From: Promethearchaeia archaeon
Lineage (GTDB): Archaea; Asgardarchaeota; Lokiarchaeia; Sigyniarchaeales; SOKP01
NCBI GenBank assembly: GCA_029856045.1
Contig: JAHQWG010000016.1
Span: 64,001 to 128,000 of the forward strand
Direction of reading: 5' to 3'
Length of the DNA stretch: 64,000 nucleotides
Notes under the pieces: generated by a model
What the model was told of the DNA's origin: nothing
The model's database searches: none
What the model saw: only the letters and a program-made list of their open reading frames with translations
Program-made: the position numbers and the translations under genes
In this document: in pieces, positions 11,901-21,077 of the stretch
Layout of the letters: the number at the start of each line of letters is the position of its first letter
Position numbering within the stretch: the stretch's first letter is position 1

Positions 11901-11967
11901 ATTCGGCAATAGTGCCTTCCTTTATTTTACCTTCTTCTTCGTCTAAACCTTTTTTTCTTGGGCTAAT
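8950..11967 (-). CDS. top6B: DNA topoisomerase VI subunit B with large insertions and C-terminal extension
   Basis: GHKL motifs EFMDNAIDA, DNGTGM, TRGSQGFG, HGT; transducer motifs VEAALAY, RYVNR, FKSQSKNA. The frame stays open upstream of track start 11898 through EGTIAEF, so the start is uncertain (ATT at 11967 proposed). Confidence 0.9.
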   Translation of the reverse strand: MSPRKKGLDEEEGKIKEGTIAEFMRKRTQLVGFEFGHWKHVQYAAEFMDNAIDAIESFQWEQLKNESKTKFTIDKDFDVIKFGAKLNEDLILEINGESYKTSEAELKTETSPKKIMLTEEKPTEKRDKKKKEKLVKNLIHDMEKLLLPFEHIVDNEPIIIIKLTESEAPSVLTDELGKKNIMRYTFEIFDNGTGMNRSDLRKFGIYLASSKSVKLKQTRGSQGFGAPSAFSDSQNTTGEPIIAVSKTQFDVYATASQFFTTSKNEKKYVIPHTEIETSFLHGTYIKLNYLNIKYIARYVDEYIKKTALMNPHVTIKYIDPNNESFNYSRRVNKFPPEPKYALPHPSSVNIGDFQDYITKSEHKTISSFLQDSFVRMSSKIAKTITNKAEQQLEEKLNLLVVDKFYINRAPKLTSPIHLMRYEPRVWGKSTKKRDQLITYKIENMDLKKTYWDLIEQFNQECKEIKGIQKKIKSTKNEFEKEKITKKRENIIRKSINNLNNEIDRKEKQKVEIKKKLEDKFENIKDGITELKSSEVRTKNLELIKKVLISKTKPAEITSDQFNELFLAFKSMKYLSPPTDTAIPISSTILKNILIDEYNLNVSTNLEDIDESKIDLQSITENETQREINEMMPKDFVAAETRSPTSGKGLAFVVEAALAYKEGLESPKLPRDILLRYVNRTSKLRDSADCAIMKAAQSVKWKENYRLDVYDNGLPKGPLRLIINVSGPFVHLMFKSQSKNALAEDEILMTEIKLTLQKIGLQIKSYLNRREKIRRGMDREKKILKFIPIFVNSLYNIAKNEDKYKNKLKKVELENLLRSAIGEKPEKVLLPEVPKVEKPPIIPSKIISEIPKPAIKTPQISPKPQPAKIITPSIKTKVPTSIGKIPTTIPKKTSTPKKLITKPLISKPKTSQPIAMAKKLGTPPKITPIKKPIKKTVQTSLPVITTEKIFSILNEEWQSIKHLIFRLGISDMMDARLLQVKLKQLERENKVLANIQSGKKYWKLKK

Positions 11968-12252
11968 TTTAACTCTACCACAGAATGGGTGTTTTTTTTA
12001 TATATTTAAATTTAGTTGTATACTTATGATATATCTATATTATTAACTCTATAATTTGTTATCCGTATTAACTATTATATTGATCTACTTTACTACTTCT
12101 TTAATTTCTTTTTAATGTTTCAATTTTAATCAGAAATAATTCTAATATTTAAATCTTTTTCTTTAATTAAATTCAATTAAAAAAATGTGAATAACCCTAT
12201 TTAAAAATAAGGAGTTTATGTATTAACATCCAAAATAAAAGATATTGATTAA

Positions 12253-12753
12253 CTAAGAATTTTTTAATCTAAAGATTTCTAAGGAAACATCTATGATTTT
12301 TGATGCTACATATCGTTTTGTATTTAATGGAACGTGGGTAATATGTTTTTCTTTGTCAATAATAAAAACTTCATTTGTTTTGGTTCCGAACCCTCTTTCA
12401 TCACGTCCTACATCATTGGCGACTATTAAGTCCATATTTGATTTTAAAAGGCGTTTATAGGCTCTTTCGATAAGTTCCTTTTCTAAAACTTTCGTTTCAG
12501 CCTTAAAACCTACAATAAAAACGTTTTTATCCGTTTCTCTTGCTATATCAATAATTTTTGGAGTTAATCTTAATCCCAGTTTTAATTCTTCATTTTTATT
12601 CGAAGAGATTTTTCCTTCTAAGTATTGTTTTGGGGTATAATCACCAATTGCTGCTGCAGAAATGAAAAAATCATATTTATGTTTTGTTAATTCTTCTTTA
12701 GCCATATTTAAAAAATCATTTGTAGAAGTCGCTGGAACCATATCAATATATGC
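12253..12753 (-). pseudogene. coaBC: Displaced 3' portion of coaBC (CoaB/PPC synthetase C-terminal part)
   Basis: Gap-free alignment with the last 166 codons of 19767..21077 (manual count 46 differences, about 72% aa identity). Homology stops at GCATATAT (Ala-Tyr-Ile). Confidence 0.9.
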
Positions 12754-12934
12754 AGATTCGTCGATAAATTTGTTAAAATTGGAATAAACTCAAATTTAAC
12801 TGACAATACGGAACAAAATCGTATGAGAAATAATCTCTTAGATATGAAATTAAATAAAAAAAAAGTTGTTTTAATTTTTTTTGAGTTTTTGAACTTTTCT
12901 TCATTTAAATACTTTCAATATATTGGTAATAAAA

Positions 12935-13195
12935 ATGGCTAAATTAAATTTTAAATTTCTGAACATTATTGATATTTTTATTAATGATTTAGGTACTGCT
13001 TTAGGAGAATTTTGGGAGTTTATGAGATCAGTTCTCTCATTAAGTGGTCTCTTTGGAGCTGTATATTTCCTTATAATGATATTAATTGGAAAACACATAG
13101 GCGTAAAACCCCCTGTAAAAACATTGATAGTTTCAATAACATTACTGACAATTTTTGGGCCAGACTATGGTCTGAGGTATTTTAGAATAATATAG
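12935..13195 (+). CDS. Small two-TM membrane protein, VirB2/TrbC pilin-like topology
   Basis: ATG at 12935; amphipathic N-terminal helix plus two hydrophobic helices; first gene of the island operon. The family call is topology-based only. Confidence 0.55.
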   Translation: MAKLNFKFLNIIDIFINDLGTALGEFWEFMRSVLSLSGLFGAVYFLIMILIGKHIGVKPPVKTLIVSITLLTIFGPDYGLRYFRII

Positions 13196-13242
13196 TAAGA
13201 AGTAGTAAAATGTAAGTTTAAAAATAAAAAGTGGTTTAAAAA

Positions 13243-16200
13243 ATGGTATATATGTTTGAAATGTTCTTCCAGATTTTGCTGCTATTAACATGTGTTTTTG
13301 GAATCTTTGTAATTCTTGGTTTATTATTTTCAAAAAAAAATAGAGGAAAAATTTTTAAAAAAGCATTGTATTTATGCATTCCTCTGTGTAGCCTACTCCT
13401 TTTATTTTGGAGTTTTTTCATACTAGAAACTAACATATATAGATCTTTCGATTCGTTTATTGTTCTTATCTTTGAACTGGAATTTTTAGGCATATTAATT
13501 TGTATTGTTGCATTGTATTTTAATCTTAAAAAACACCCCCGACCCCCAAATCTTATCTATATCCTTGCAGTTTTCATGATTTTTCTCTCTCACATAGTGC
13601 TCGCAGGTCTAATGGCAGATTTATTTCGCGGGACCGTTGTTTCGATCATAATTGCCCTAATTGTATTTTTATATAATGACTTTTTTAGAGGTAAATTTAA
13701 ATCAGTAATACATACTATTCAAATGAATTTAAGAACTCCATTTTTTATTAGGAGAACTAATTTTGAAAGCAAACTGCCTGTAATTAATTCTGAGTATTTA
13801 CCGTGTGATTATGAAATGGATAATGCTAGTGACATAAACGAGAAAGATAATGAAGGAATAAAAACCAAAAAAATGAGGAGAGTAAAATTCTGGCATGCAG
13901 TCGTTGTGATAACCCAACCTCCAATCAATGATCAATTTAATAACAGAAATTGGGAAAAAACATGGCTTAAAAATTTTTTTAATAAGAAATCTTCATATGC
14001 TCTTAGACTTAAAATCCATAATAAGCTTCAATGGGAATTTTTTATGAATGTTCGTAATAGGTTTGGGGCAATAAGAGCAGGTAAAGCAATTCTCACAGAA
14101 TTAAAGCATATTTACCAAGGATTGGATGGAATAATTAAAGTAGTTCCAATCACCTCAGATGATCTTTATCAAAAAAGAATATTTTATGAAATTTTCCTTC
14201 CAAAACCGCCATTTATGAATAAAATTTTATTCATCGAAAAAGCAATAAAAATTTTTGATCAGACTCAGAATGAAATCGAGATATATATCTTATGGAAAGA
14301 AGCTCATCCCTATAAACGCGAAAAAATCCGATTAAAAATTAATGATATGATCTATGAGGACAATTATACTAAAAATAAAATTTTTGAGATGTGGACAGCG
14401 GTTCCGTTTAAGATTAGGATTTTTATTGCATCTAAGGTCCATTCGGAAGACCCTAATGAAATAGAAGAGCAAGAAGCGGACCTTCAAGGGATATTAAAAA
14501 CACTATTAATGGATATTAAAAACGAAAAAAAACGGGCACATTTTAAAAGAACCTCATCTGGAACGTATATCGACATCTTAAAGATAAATCATTATAAAGG
14601 CAGGGTAATCACCCATAAAGTGATAGATTTCGATTTCCCGAAAAATATTCCGTTATTAAAAGCACCAATATTATCAGTTGAAAATATTAAGGATAAATCT
14701 GTTTCAATTAATGATAAAAATCATATTGCCCTAGGATTGCAATACCACGTGGGAGTCTTAACAAAAAATATTGGATATGTACATATAGATGCTTTTGCTT
14801 CAAGCTGCTTTATAGGCGGGCTTTCTGGTACCGGAAAAACTTACTTGATTCTTTGGATTATCAAGGAATTGGCATCTAAACACTCTGAAGTAGGAATTTT
14901 GAATATTAACATTAGTAAAGAAAATCAACAGGAGTTATATGAAAAAGGTTTTAACGTAATTAAGTACGGTGATCCGGAATTTAAAGTTCCTTATTATGTT
15001 AAAGGGTCAAATCCAGATCAAACGCGTCAAGAAACATCATCAATTTTAGCAGCAAGTTTAGGATTAAATAATGTAGTTATTAATCTGCTTTTAAATGTAA
15101 TGCAACAATATGATGAGCAATTAGGAGATCAACCCGAATCACTGATGGTATTATTTAATACACTCATAATTTTCATGGAAAAAAACCCATATCACGAGAA
15201 ACTTCAAACAAATCTATTACGAGCAATTAAAAATCGAATAATGCCGCTCTTAGCCGGTAAAACATTTCATGATACAGTAATATACACCCAAAAGATACCA
15301 AAATGGTTTGTTGATTGGCAAAATGGAGAAAATGTTTTCCTTGATTTAAGCATGTGTAATGAATTTCAGAAACGATTATTAATCATGCTAGTCCTTCAAA
15401 TGGTTAGAACTTTAACTCCAAAAGGAGAAGCAGGTAAATTAACAAATCTAATCATAATTGATGAGTCTAAAAACATAGTTCGAAAACCAACTAACAATAA
15501 CCCATATGATTATGATTTCATTTCAAAGGAACAATTAGAGGAGATATTTATCAAATTAGTTTCAGAATTTCGAGCATTGGGAGTAGGATTTCTTTTTGCA
15601 GACCAATATCCTTCGTTATTATTTCCTTGTGTAGTAAAAGTAAGCCTTCAAATAATCTTTCGCGTTAAATACCCTTGCAATACTATCTTCACCGAAAATT
15701 ATGGCGATAGAGATTTATTACCAAATTTAAAAAACCGTGTAGCGTTGGTAATGAATGGTATTGAGAGTGAAAATTTTCTAATACAAACGCCGGACTATGC
15801 ACCTCCTAAGCAACCACAAGTTAATTTAACTTCTTCACAAGCTTTTCAGTCAAAACCTGAAAAGAAAAAACAAGAAAGACTTACTTTACTCGAAAAAATA
15901 TTTGAAAACCCGAATTGTCTAGTTCTAATGGACATAAAAGTTGATATAAAATTAAATAATTACTTCAAAGAGAAAATTAAGAAACTTGAAAAGAAAAAAA
16001 AAATAAAAGAACTTTATTGCCTAAAATATGCCATTTTTTATTATCAACTTAGAAAAAAAGTGGAACGAGCGCTTAGTCCAAATATTGAAAGGAATATTGA
16101 TCTCTATGGTTATATTTATTCTTTAACACAATTTTTATATCAAAGAGGATGGGAATTAGACCTTAAAATATATGATGATTTCATGTCATTTGGTTCCTTG

Positions 16201-16341
16201 CATGATTATTTCTTATTAAATAAGCCGGGAATAGAACATGAGATTAAGCGGTTAAATCACTCCTTTATGGCATTATATAACGAAATTTGTCCTATAATAA
16301 AACCGTTTGAACAGGATCAAAAAGATAAAGCGGTGATTTAA
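13243..16341 (+). CDS. Membrane-anchored FtsK/HerA/VirB4-superfamily ATPase
   Basis: About 5 N-terminal TM helices, Walker A GLSGTGKT, Walker B LIIIDES, and the FtsK-HerA arginine-finger/Gln motif EFRALGVGFLFADQYP. Confidence 0.85.
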   Translation: MVYMFEMFFQILLLLTCVFGIFVILGLLFSKKNRGKIFKKALYLCIPLCSLLLLFWSFFILETNIYRSFDSFIVLIFELEFLGILICIVALYFNLKKHPRPPNLIYILAVFMIFLSHIVLAGLMADLFRGTVVSIIIALIVFLYNDFFRGKFKSVIHTIQMNLRTPFFIRRTNFESKLPVINSEYLPCDYEMDNASDINEKDNEGIKTKKMRRVKFWHAVVVITQPPINDQFNNRNWEKTWLKNFFNKKSSYALRLKIHNKLQWEFFMNVRNRFGAIRAGKAILTELKHIYQGLDGIIKVVPITSDDLYQKRIFYEIFLPKPPFMNKILFIEKAIKIFDQTQNEIEIYILWKEAHPYKREKIRLKINDMIYEDNYTKNKIFEMWTAVPFKIRIFIASKVHSEDPNEIEEQEADLQGILKTLLMDIKNEKKRAHFKRTSSGTYIDILKINHYKGRVITHKVIDFDFPKNIPLLKAPILSVENIKDKSVSINDKNHIALGLQYHVGVLTKNIGYVHIDAFASSCFIGGLSGTGKTYLILWIIKELASKHSEVGILNINISKENQQELYEKGFNVIKYGDPEFKVPYYVKGSNPDQTRQETSSILAASLGLNNVVINLLLNVMQQYDEQLGDQPESLMVLFNTLIIFMEKNPYHEKLQTNLLRAIKNRIMPLLAGKTFHDTVIYTQKIPKWFVDWQNGENVFLDLSMCNEFQKRLLIMLVLQMVRTLTPKGEAGKLTNLIIIDESKNIVRKPTNNNPYDYDFISKEQLEEIFIKLVSEFRALGVGFLFADQYPSLLFPCVVKVSLQIIFRVKYPCNTIFTENYGDRDLLPNLKNRVALVMNGIESENFLIQTPDYAPPKQPQVNLTSSQAFQSKPEKKKQERLTLLEKIFENPNCLVLMDIKVDIKLNNYFKEKIKKLEKKKKIKELYCLKYAIFYYQLRKKVERALSPNIERNIDLYGYIYSLTQFLYQRGWELDLKIYDDFMSFGSLHDYFLLNKPGIEHEIKRLNHSFMALYNEICPIIKPFEQDQKDKAVI

Positions 16342-16342
16342 A

Positions 16343-19300
16343 ATGGTTGAAGGCGAAAGTGGTGGAGATGCAAGTCGAGACACAAGCGGAGATACAAGTG
16401 GAGATGCAGGAGAAGATACAGAAGGAGATAGTGAAGTAGATTATGAGGAAGGTCGCACAAAGGAAGAAGTAGAAGGTTATGATTCTCAGCAAGAATCTGA
16501 AGAAACAGAGAGTGTTCACAGTGAAGCTGAAGAATCTCCTACAATCGAAGATGAATTAAAAGAGATAGAAGAAGAACCTATTCAAGATGAGCTTCCAATG
16601 AGTGAAAATGATATAGAAAATCCAGATGATTTACTATCTGATGATGATCTTCCCATGAGAGGAGAAGATTTAAAGGATTCTGAAGAGAATTTAGATCTCC
16701 AAGAACTTCCCCAAACATTTGATGAAGTAGAAAAAGCAATTAAGGAAAGTGAGGAGCGACTTGACCTTACTGAGGTCCCCCAAACCTTCGATGAGGTTGA
16801 AAAAGCACTTAAGGAAAGTAAGGAACGACTTGACCTTTCAGAGATTCCTCAAACCTTCGATGAGGTTGAAAAAGCACTTAAGGAGAGTGAAGAGCGACTT
16901 GACCTTACTGAGGTCCCCCAAACATTCGATGAGGTTGAAAAAGCACTTAAAGAGAGTGAAGAGCGACTTAACCTTTCTGAAGTTCCTAAATCAATAGATG
17001 AATTAAACGCGTTAGAAGATTACCAAAACAAGAATATTGTTAAAAATTCAATTCGCAACATAATGCGAATGAGTCCAGAACAGCGGGAAAGTCATGGATT
17101 GCCTAGAGAATATACAAACCATGAGTTGGATATATTTTTTGCGCAAATTGATACTACTGCGACTTTAGATAGCAATAATGCCAAACCAAGTGAAGTTAGT
17201 AATCCAGAAGGCTCAGGACCATTTTCTCGTAATGGTTCATTTGATGGAAAATCTGAGGGTTTAAAAAAGGAAAGTGTAAATAAAATTATAGATAAAGAAA
17301 TGACATCAGATTCAGATATTAAACAAAAAGAAACATCATCTACTCTCAATAAAGATATAGAAAAGAGTTCTATTGATAATTATAAAAGCAAACTTGCTAA
17401 TATTGATTGGAAAAGACAATATCTACAAACAAAAAAAGGCATGGAGGAAACAAGTAATGAAAAATCGGAATTTGATATAAATAATTTAGAGAAAATTGAA
17501 AACACATTAGACTCGAAAAAAATAGAATTAGCTACTATTAATGACAAAATAAAAAAAGATAATAAAGATTTGAAAGAATGGGAAAAACTAAAAAAAGAAA
17601 AAAAAGAAGAAGGAAAATCAAAGAAAAAAATAGAGGAATTAAATAAAGAAAACTTAAAAAATAAATCTGAATCGGAAATTGAACAATTAAACATTATTTC
17701 TGGAAAAAATAGAAATGACACTTCTGAAGATTTATTAAAGAATGATTTGTCAATTTTTGCAACAAAAAGATCTTGGAAAGATTGGACATACGAAATGTTA
17801 TTGGAAGAATTTACAAAAATATGTTATAAACTAGGAGTTAAAGATGGTTTTGCACCAACTAAAACCCAGATTGAAAATATCGAATATCGCTATATTATGA
17901 GTGGAATAACATCTTTACGGAAAATGTATAAGAAAAAAGGAATAGATAAAAAAATTAATTATTCGACATTAGTAAAGGACGCAGGATTTAATATAAAACA
18001 TGATATATATAAATACTCGAATATTAGAACTTTAAAAGAAGCGGCGGAGAAATTAATGTCCATAAAAGATAAATTAGGAATTTTACGGGAACGACCACCA
18101 ACAAGAGCCGAATTAGAAGATGGAGGATACTCTGGTTTTTTAAATATGTTTCGCAATAAAAAATTTACATATAACGATGCTGTGAGAGCAGCAGGTTTAA
18201 TTCCAAATTACGACTCTCAAAAATGGATGTGGCTGGATAAAGGTGATACTCTATATTTAGCGAGTAATTATTTTAAAAAGATATATGAGCAAAAATTGAA
18301 GAATTTACTAGATTTAGAGAACAATAAAGCTCCTAGAAGTGGCGATTTGATTGAATACGGGCCAAAAGGATTTTATTACGCTGTTGTTGATCGAGGATTC
18401 ACTTATAATGAGTTGGTTAGAGCAGCTAGCTTATATCCAAATGTAGAACCTTTTAAATGGGGTAATACTTTCAATATTGTTGATGCTAAGGATTATTTAA
18501 TGAAACTAATTAATTCAGGTGCTTTAGATCATTTGGAATTATCAGAGGGAGAATCTCCTACCATTCAACAGCTTAAAAATAGTAATAATGATTTTGTTCA
18601 AAAATTTTCGAAGCAAGGAATAAAATACAACGATATATTACGATTAACGGGATTACAACCTAATCATGAGCCTTATAAATATTACAATTATAAGATTTCT
18701 GATTTCATAGGTCTTTTTAAAGAGATAATGGATACTAATGAAATTAAAGATTTAAATTTAGGTGTTAGAGAAGCACCTACATTAAGACAATTATATGAGT
18801 TGGGATTTGGTTTTTTTCCTAGTGCGATACAAAAGAAGGAGATTAATTATAACGAGATATTAAGAAAATCTGGATATGACATTAATCATGAAATTCGTAA
18901 ATATGAGGGATATTCAAATAATGATTTCAAACAAGAGGTAAAGAAAATAATTCTTGGCTCTTTTCTTAGAGATGAATTAAATCTTACAACTAAGGAAGCC
19001 CCTACTATAAAACAACTAATAAATCTGGGCTATGGAGATATAATTCATCAACTGATTGATCGAAAAATAAGTTATAACGATGTTGTTAAAGATGCTGATT
19101 TAGTCCCTAATATGTTCCAGACTAGTCAAGAGATAGGGAAAATACTTCACCCAATCCTAGAATACTTTTTTATGATCCATACAATTTCAAAAAATATTAA
19201 TTCTTATTTCGAAATAAGACCTAGTATTTTAGATAATCGGAAGCAATGCGACATTACGATACTATATCCTGAAACTTATTACATTGCCCCTTCAAAAAAT

Positions 19301-19732
19301 ATTAAAATGATAAATATCGACTATACTATGTCTTCAGATAGCGAGTTACTTCTTGACAAATGTTTTCGAGGTTATCAAGGAAAACATAAAAAATTAATTA
19401 TAGTACCTTTATACATGCCGAAAAATTATATTAAGATGACTAAATCTAAGCTACACTCTTTTAGCATACCTTTTATGGAAAAAGTTGATATCTTAACTTC
19501 TCAAGAATTTCTTAATCTTTTCTCATTTCCTGATAATATTAGAGATAAATTTTTCTATTACTTAAGATTAGCAAAGGATTCGTTTGATGACGAAGCATTA
19601 TACAATCAACTTGAGAGAGATTCCCTTAAGGCCAAAAATATTTTAAAAACTAAATTTAAAGCAAGACAACAAAACGGGTTTGAAAAATTTCTTAGAGAAA
19701 GAGGAGATTACTCTCTTTTAAAACAAGGATAA
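16343..19732 (+). CDS. Acidic, tandem-repeat protein with six ~70-78 aa helical repeats and a putative C-terminal PD-(D/E)XK-like nuclease domain
   Basis: Repeat consensus (A/P/S)P(T/R)..(Q/E/D)L...G......YN..(V/L)(R/K)..G..PN; C-terminal E...FE...CD...NIDYT. Starts 1 nt after the ATPase stop. Confidence 0.65.
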   Translation: MVEGESGGDASRDTSGDTSGDAGEDTEGDSEVDYEEGRTKEEVEGYDSQQESEETESVHSEAEESPTIEDELKEIEEEPIQDELPMSENDIENPDDLLSDDDLPMRGEDLKDSEENLDLQELPQTFDEVEKAIKESEERLDLTEVPQTFDEVEKALKESKERLDLSEIPQTFDEVEKALKESEERLDLTEVPQTFDEVEKALKESEERLNLSEVPKSIDELNALEDYQNKNIVKNSIRNIMRMSPEQRESHGLPREYTNHELDIFFAQIDTTATLDSNNAKPSEVSNPEGSGPFSRNGSFDGKSEGLKKESVNKIIDKEMTSDSDIKQKETSSTLNKDIEKSSIDNYKSKLANIDWKRQYLQTKKGMEETSNEKSEFDINNLEKIENTLDSKKIELATINDKIKKDNKDLKEWEKLKKEKKEEGKSKKKIEELNKENLKNKSESEIEQLNIISGKNRNDTSEDLLKNDLSIFATKRSWKDWTYEMLLEEFTKICYKLGVKDGFAPTKTQIENIEYRYIMSGITSLRKMYKKKGIDKKINYSTLVKDAGFNIKHDIYKYSNIRTLKEAAEKLMSIKDKLGILRERPPTRAELEDGGYSGFLNMFRNKKFTYNDAVRAAGLIPNYDSQKWMWLDKGDTLYLASNYFKKIYEQKLKNLLDLENNKAPRSGDLIEYGPKGFYYAVVDRGFTYNELVRAASLYPNVEPFKWGNTFNIVDAKDYLMKLINSGALDHLELSEGESPTIQQLKNSNNDFVQKFSKQGIKYNDILRLTGLQPNHEPYKYYNYKISDFIGLFKEIMDTNEIKDLNLGVREAPTLRQLYELGFGFFPSAIQKKEINYNEILRKSGYDINHEIRKYEGYSNNDFKQEVKKIILGSFLRDELNLTTKEAPTIKQLINLGYGDIIHQLIDRKISYNDVVKDADLVPNMFQTSQEIGKILHPILEYFFMIHTISKNINSYFEIRPSILDNRKQCDITILYPETYYIAPSKNIKMINIDYTMSSDSELLLDKCFRGYQGKHKKLIIVPLYMPKNYIKMTKSKLHSFSIPFMEKVDILTSQEFLNLFSFPDNIRDKFFYYLRLAKDSFDDEALYNQLERDSLKAKNILKTKFKARQQNGFEKFLRERGDYSLLKQG
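16682..17015 (+). repeat. 69-bp (23-aa) coding tandem repeat, about 5 copies
   Basis: Units start at 16682, 16751, 16820, 16889 and 16958 (last one partial); consensus EERLDLTEVPQTFDEVEKALKES. Confidence 0.9.
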
Positions 19733-19766
19733 AGTAGTATTATTTTATATTTTTTAAAAATTTTAA

Positions 19767-21077
19767 TTAATAATTTTTTATTCTGAAGTTTTCAATAGCA
19801 ACGTCAATTATCTTCGATGCTACATATCGTTTCGTATTTAATTCAACATGTGTAATATTTTTTTCTTTATCAATAATATAAACTTCATTCGTCTTGGACA
19901 CAAAACCTCTTTCCTTAAGTCCTACATCATTTGCTACAATTAAATCGACATCAGATTTTATTAAACGCTGATAAGCTCTTTCGATGAGTTCTTCTTTTGA
20001 AACCTTAGTTTCAGCCTTAAAAGCTACAATAAAAACATTTTTATCTGTTTCTCTTGCTATATCAATGATTTTAGGAGTTAACTTTAAATTAAGAATAAGT
20101 TCTTTACGCTCATCAGTCGATATCTTTCCTTTAAGACGTCGAATCGGTGTATAATCACTAATAGCTGCAGCCGATATGAAAAAATCATAACTATTTTTCG
20201 ACAATTCTTCTTTTACCACATTCAAGAAATCTTCAGTTGTGATAACAGATCTCGTTTCTATATATGCCGGAACCTTAGTTGTACCTTGACCATATACCAA
20301 TAAAACATCTCCTCCTCTAACCTTTACTTCTTTAGCTAGTTCAATTCCTTGACGACCTGAAGACCAATTCGTTAAATATCTCACCGTATCAAGCGGTTCT
20401 TTACTAGGACCAGCTGTTATAAGAAATTTTTTTCCTTCTAATTCTTTTACCGGGTGGACTAAATCAATCACTCTTTGGATGATATCATCAACTCTTGCAA
20501 TTTTAGCCTTACCTTCAGAGATTCTTGGACCTAAGATATCAACCCCTAGTCGTTTTAATTTAAGAATATTTTTCTCTAAAATTGGGTGATTGAACATACT
20601 CTCATGCATTGCGGGAACAATAATTATAGGAATCTGAGTTCCAAAAGCTGTGGTCACGACTGTAGTAACAGCTGTATCGTCAATTCCAGTAGCTATCTTT
20701 GAAATCGTATTTGCTGTCGCAGGACATACTAAAATAAGATCTGCTTTTCCTAACTTTTTTGGTCGTTCTCCTGCTAAATAGATATGTTCAACATTGCCTG
20801 TTAATTTTGTTATTGCTGGATTTCCGGTAGCCCAGTGCATTAGATCGGGACCAAGTAATTTTGTGGCAGCTCTAGTCATAACACATACCACCTCAGCACC
20901 AAGTCGCATTAATTCCCGGGAAATTATTGGAGCTTGAATTATCGCAACACTACCAGTGACACACAAGCAGATTGTTTTTCCTCTTAAAATTGTTCCCTTA
21001 GATTCTAAAATTTCCTTAGAGGGATGATCTTTATTCATATTAATCAAACTCTTAAATATGTACTTTTTTAAATTCAA
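19767..21077 (-). CDS. coaBC: Bifunctional phosphopantothenoylcysteine decarboxylase/synthetase
   Basis: CVTGSVA, PATANTISK, PAMH, ITAGP, LTNWSSGRQG, FKAET, IVANDV. The true start is probably ATG at 21038. Confidence 0.95.
   Translation of the reverse strand: MNLKKYIFKSLINMNKDHPSKEILESKGTILRGKTICLCVTGSVAIIQAPIISRELMRLGAEVVCVMTRAATKLLGPDLMHWATGNPAITKLTGNVEHIYLAGERPKKLGKADLILVCPATANTISKIATGIDDTAVTTVVTTAFGTQIPIIIVPAMHESMFNHPILEKNILKLKRLGVDILGPRISEGKAKIARVDDIIQRVIDLVHPVKELEGKKFLITAGPSKEPLDTVRYLTNWSSGRQGIELAKEVKVRGGDVLLVYGQGTTKVPAYIETRSVITTEDFLNVVKEELSKNSYDFFISAAAISDYTPIRRLKGKISTDERKELILNLKLTPKIIDIARETDKNVFIVAFKAETKVSKEELIERAYQRLIKSDVDLIVANDVGLKERGFVSKTNEVYIIDKEKNITHVELNTKRYVASKIIDVAIENFRIKNY

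Larger units (their letters stand above)
12754..20259. mobile_element. Integrated element inside coaBC (no integrase visible)
   Basis: Bounded by shared ATATATGC core at 12746-12753 and 20260-20267, with a duplicated coaBC 3' end and three accessory genes on the opposite strand. Confidence 0.75.

Noticed and set aside
16682-17015. Possible CRISPR array
   Set aside because: Contiguous in-frame 69-bp coding repeats with no unique spacers and no cas genes.
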